DNA of 64,000 nucleotides from Eubacteriales bacterium (GTDB lineage Bacteria; Bacillota; Clostridia; Oscillospirales; CAG-382): NCBI GenBank assembly GCA_045537905.1, contig JAZSQJ010000038.1, positions 2,806 to 66,805 of the forward strand, read 5' to 3'. Shown piece by piece: positions 62,466 to 64,000 of this stretch (position 1 is its first letter; each line of letters starts with the position of its first letter). The notes under the pieces were generated by a model. It saw only the letters and a program-made list of their open reading frames with translations, ran no database searches and was not told where the DNA came from. The position numbers and the translations under genes were made by a program.

Positions 62466-64000
62466 CGGCAGCGTGCGAAAAAAAGGTTTTATAAAAAGGC
62501 TTTTTACCGAAAGCCTTATATTGTCATGCCTTGGTAGTATATCATCAAGGCTTATTTGTTTTTTTAAGAGCAGTATATTCTCCCTGTTTCTTACAGGCTG
62601 TCAGTCGGCAGATACCGCCCTGGAATACGGAGTGGCAGGCAGGTTTGTCAGAAAGAAAAAGCTGTACAACCGCATCCTTCGCCCTGTTAAGCGCGGCTTT
62701 GCAAGCTCCGTGGAGGAGGGCGTCGTTGTAAACCTTTACCGTAAATTGTTAAATGCCCTTCTGTATACCCCTGTAAGGACCTACGGTGCCTTTCTTGCCA
62801 CCTACGGAATGTACGTAGGTCTTGGCTACGTTATCAAGCACTACGAAAACTATGCGGCTATAGATATGGCAGGCCTGCAAGGCGCATCGGTGCTTATGCT
62901 TTTGTCCTTCCCCCTTATGTTTGTGGGCAAGCCTCTCGTGCAGTTTATCGGAGGCAGTGCCTTTGTAAGCAACGTGTTTGCAGGCTTTGTGGACTTTTCA
63001 CGCTTTGACGGCAAAAAACGCCAAAGTGCTATAGGTATAGCCTTTGCCTGCGGCTCGGTCCTGGGCGTGCTTACCTTTTTCAGCGACGAAAGGCGGATGC
63101 TGTTTTTTATCGCTGCGTCCGTTTGTGCCCTGGCGGTTTTCCATTATCCCGAGCTGGGTTTTTTCACCACCGCCCTTGTGTTCCCCTTTGTAAGCAAGGC
63201 GTTCCTTTGCGTACTTATTACAGCCGGCTTTGCCAGCTACCTTATCAAGGTGCTTCGCGGCAAGCGTAACTTTTATATAAACGCCGCCTCTGTTTTCGTG
63301 CTTCTTTTGGGGCTTATGTTTTTCTTCGTTGCCCTTGGCGGCGGTGGAGAGCGGGCGTGGTTTGCCTTTTCCATGTGTGCTTTGTACCTGATGGCGGCAA
63401 GCCTGCTTGGCAGTCCGAGACTGCTGCGTAAGGCGGTAACCACCCTTGCCCTTGGCTTTGGCATTTGTATCCTCTGCCTTGCCGTACAGGTCTTCGTTAA
63501 ATCCCTGGATGGCGAGCATTGGCTGGACGCTGTTCGCAGCTCCTGCTCCGTCTTTGAAAGCAGTCACGCCTTGGCAGGCTACTGTGTGCTTATGCTGCCT
63601 ATGATGTTCTGCAAGGCAAACAAAAGCGGTCTGTTCTATAAGGCTACGGTATATCTTGTGTTCGTTGCCTGTATTGGCTATTCCGTTGTAATGAAGCATA
63701 CCGCCCTGGCGGTGCTGGCGGCCATCGGCGTAACCGCATATCTTGCCTTGTCCAGCCGTCGGGTGTTCCGTCCACTTGCACTAAGCTTCGGCTTACCTAT
63801 AGGCGGCTTGTATTTTGCCGCAGTGCCTATAACCTATAGCGGTATGGGCGTTTACGACTCTATGGCGGGCTGGGCATCAGCCGTTTCTGCCGCTACTCCC
63901 TATCTGTTTACGGGGGTGGGTATGAGTGAGGCGTCTCTGGCTTTGGTTTTTGAGGGCAACAGCAGTAATATGTTTTTACAAACCCTTTTGGAGTGCGGAC
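62455..64000 (+). CDS. Partial CDS (3' end outside window, absent from ORF track): polytopic membrane protein, O-antigen-ligase/Wzy_C-like
   Basis: I translated the frame from ATG 62455 (11-nt overlap with the trmD end) codon by codon to base 64000 without hitting a stop (515 codons). It contains many TM helices. YLFTGVGMSEASLALVFEGNSSNMFLQTLLECG resembles the Wzy_C end motif (GxG...HN..L..L.E.G). Start could be the downstream GTG. Confidence 0.65.
   Translation, partial: MRNNGSVRKKGFIKRLFTESLILSCLGSISSRLICFFKSSIFSLFLTGCQSADTALEYGVAGRFVRKKKLYNRILRPVKRGFASSVEEGVVVNLYRKLLNALLYTPVRTYGAFLATYGMYVGLGYVIKHYENYAAIDMAGLQGASVLMLLSFPLMFVGKPLVQFIGGSAFVSNVFAGFVDFSRFDGKKRQSAIGIAFACGSVLGVLTFFSDERRMLFFIAASVCALAVFHYPELGFFTTALVFPFVSKAFLCVLITAGFASYLIKVLRGKRNFYINAASVFVLLLGLMFFFVALGGGGERAWFAFSMCALYLMAASLLGSPRLLRKAVTTLALGFGICILCLAVQVFVKSLDGEHWLDAVRSSCSVFESSHALAGYCVLMLPMMFCKANKSGLFYKATVYLVFVACIGYSVVMKHTALAVLAAIGVTAYLALSSRRVFRPLALSFGLPIGGLYFAAVPITYSGMGVYDSMAGWASAVSAATPYLFTGVGMSEASLALVFEGNSSNMFLQTLLECG

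Overview
The window looks like a chromosomal segment of a Clostridia-class Firmicute. This is an inference from gene content: many dockerin modules with the NNLDA..LKYDAG F-hand repeat, BspA-type LRR proteins, and a ylxM-ffh-rpsP-KH-rimM-trmD operon. I recognised no rRNA, tRNA, CRISPR array, transposase or integrase. Layout: (1) 1-5.2 kb is an RHS-type polymorphic-toxin locus. It holds two start-less orphan RHS-core+toxin cassettes, each followed by an immunity-like gene and a conserved boundary repeat. (2) 5.2-13.8 kb holds a membrane protein behind a promoter with a G9 tract in its spacer, a sigma-70-family/anti-sigma-like pair, and a cluster of secreted dockerin proteins headed by an S8 subtilase. 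(3) 14.1-27.5 kb holds a BlaI/BlaR1-like pair, two LRR-dockerin proteins and a 2018-aa beta-helix (GGxIY-repeat) surface protein. (4) 29.8-40.5 kb is a tightly coupled ten-gene operon: DUF4145-like pseudokinase, active Ser/Thr kinase, an unlisted 55-aa ORF, an Upf1/DNA2-like SF1 helicase, a wHTH protein, a zinc-ribbon membrane protein and four more membrane proteins. I cannot assign it to any named system and rate it the best candidate for an undescribed defence/conflict system. (5) 43-64 kb is mostly core: ClC channel, hom, ABC-DUF1854-ABC, gpsA-like, glyQS, a GH73-dockerin hydrolase, a ClpC-like ATPase, the SRP/ribosome-maturation operon, and an O-antigen-ligase-like membrane protein that runs off the window and is missing from the ORF track. 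Several long ORFs in the track are antisense artefacts and were rejected. All domain calls come from reading motifs by eye; no database search was possible.
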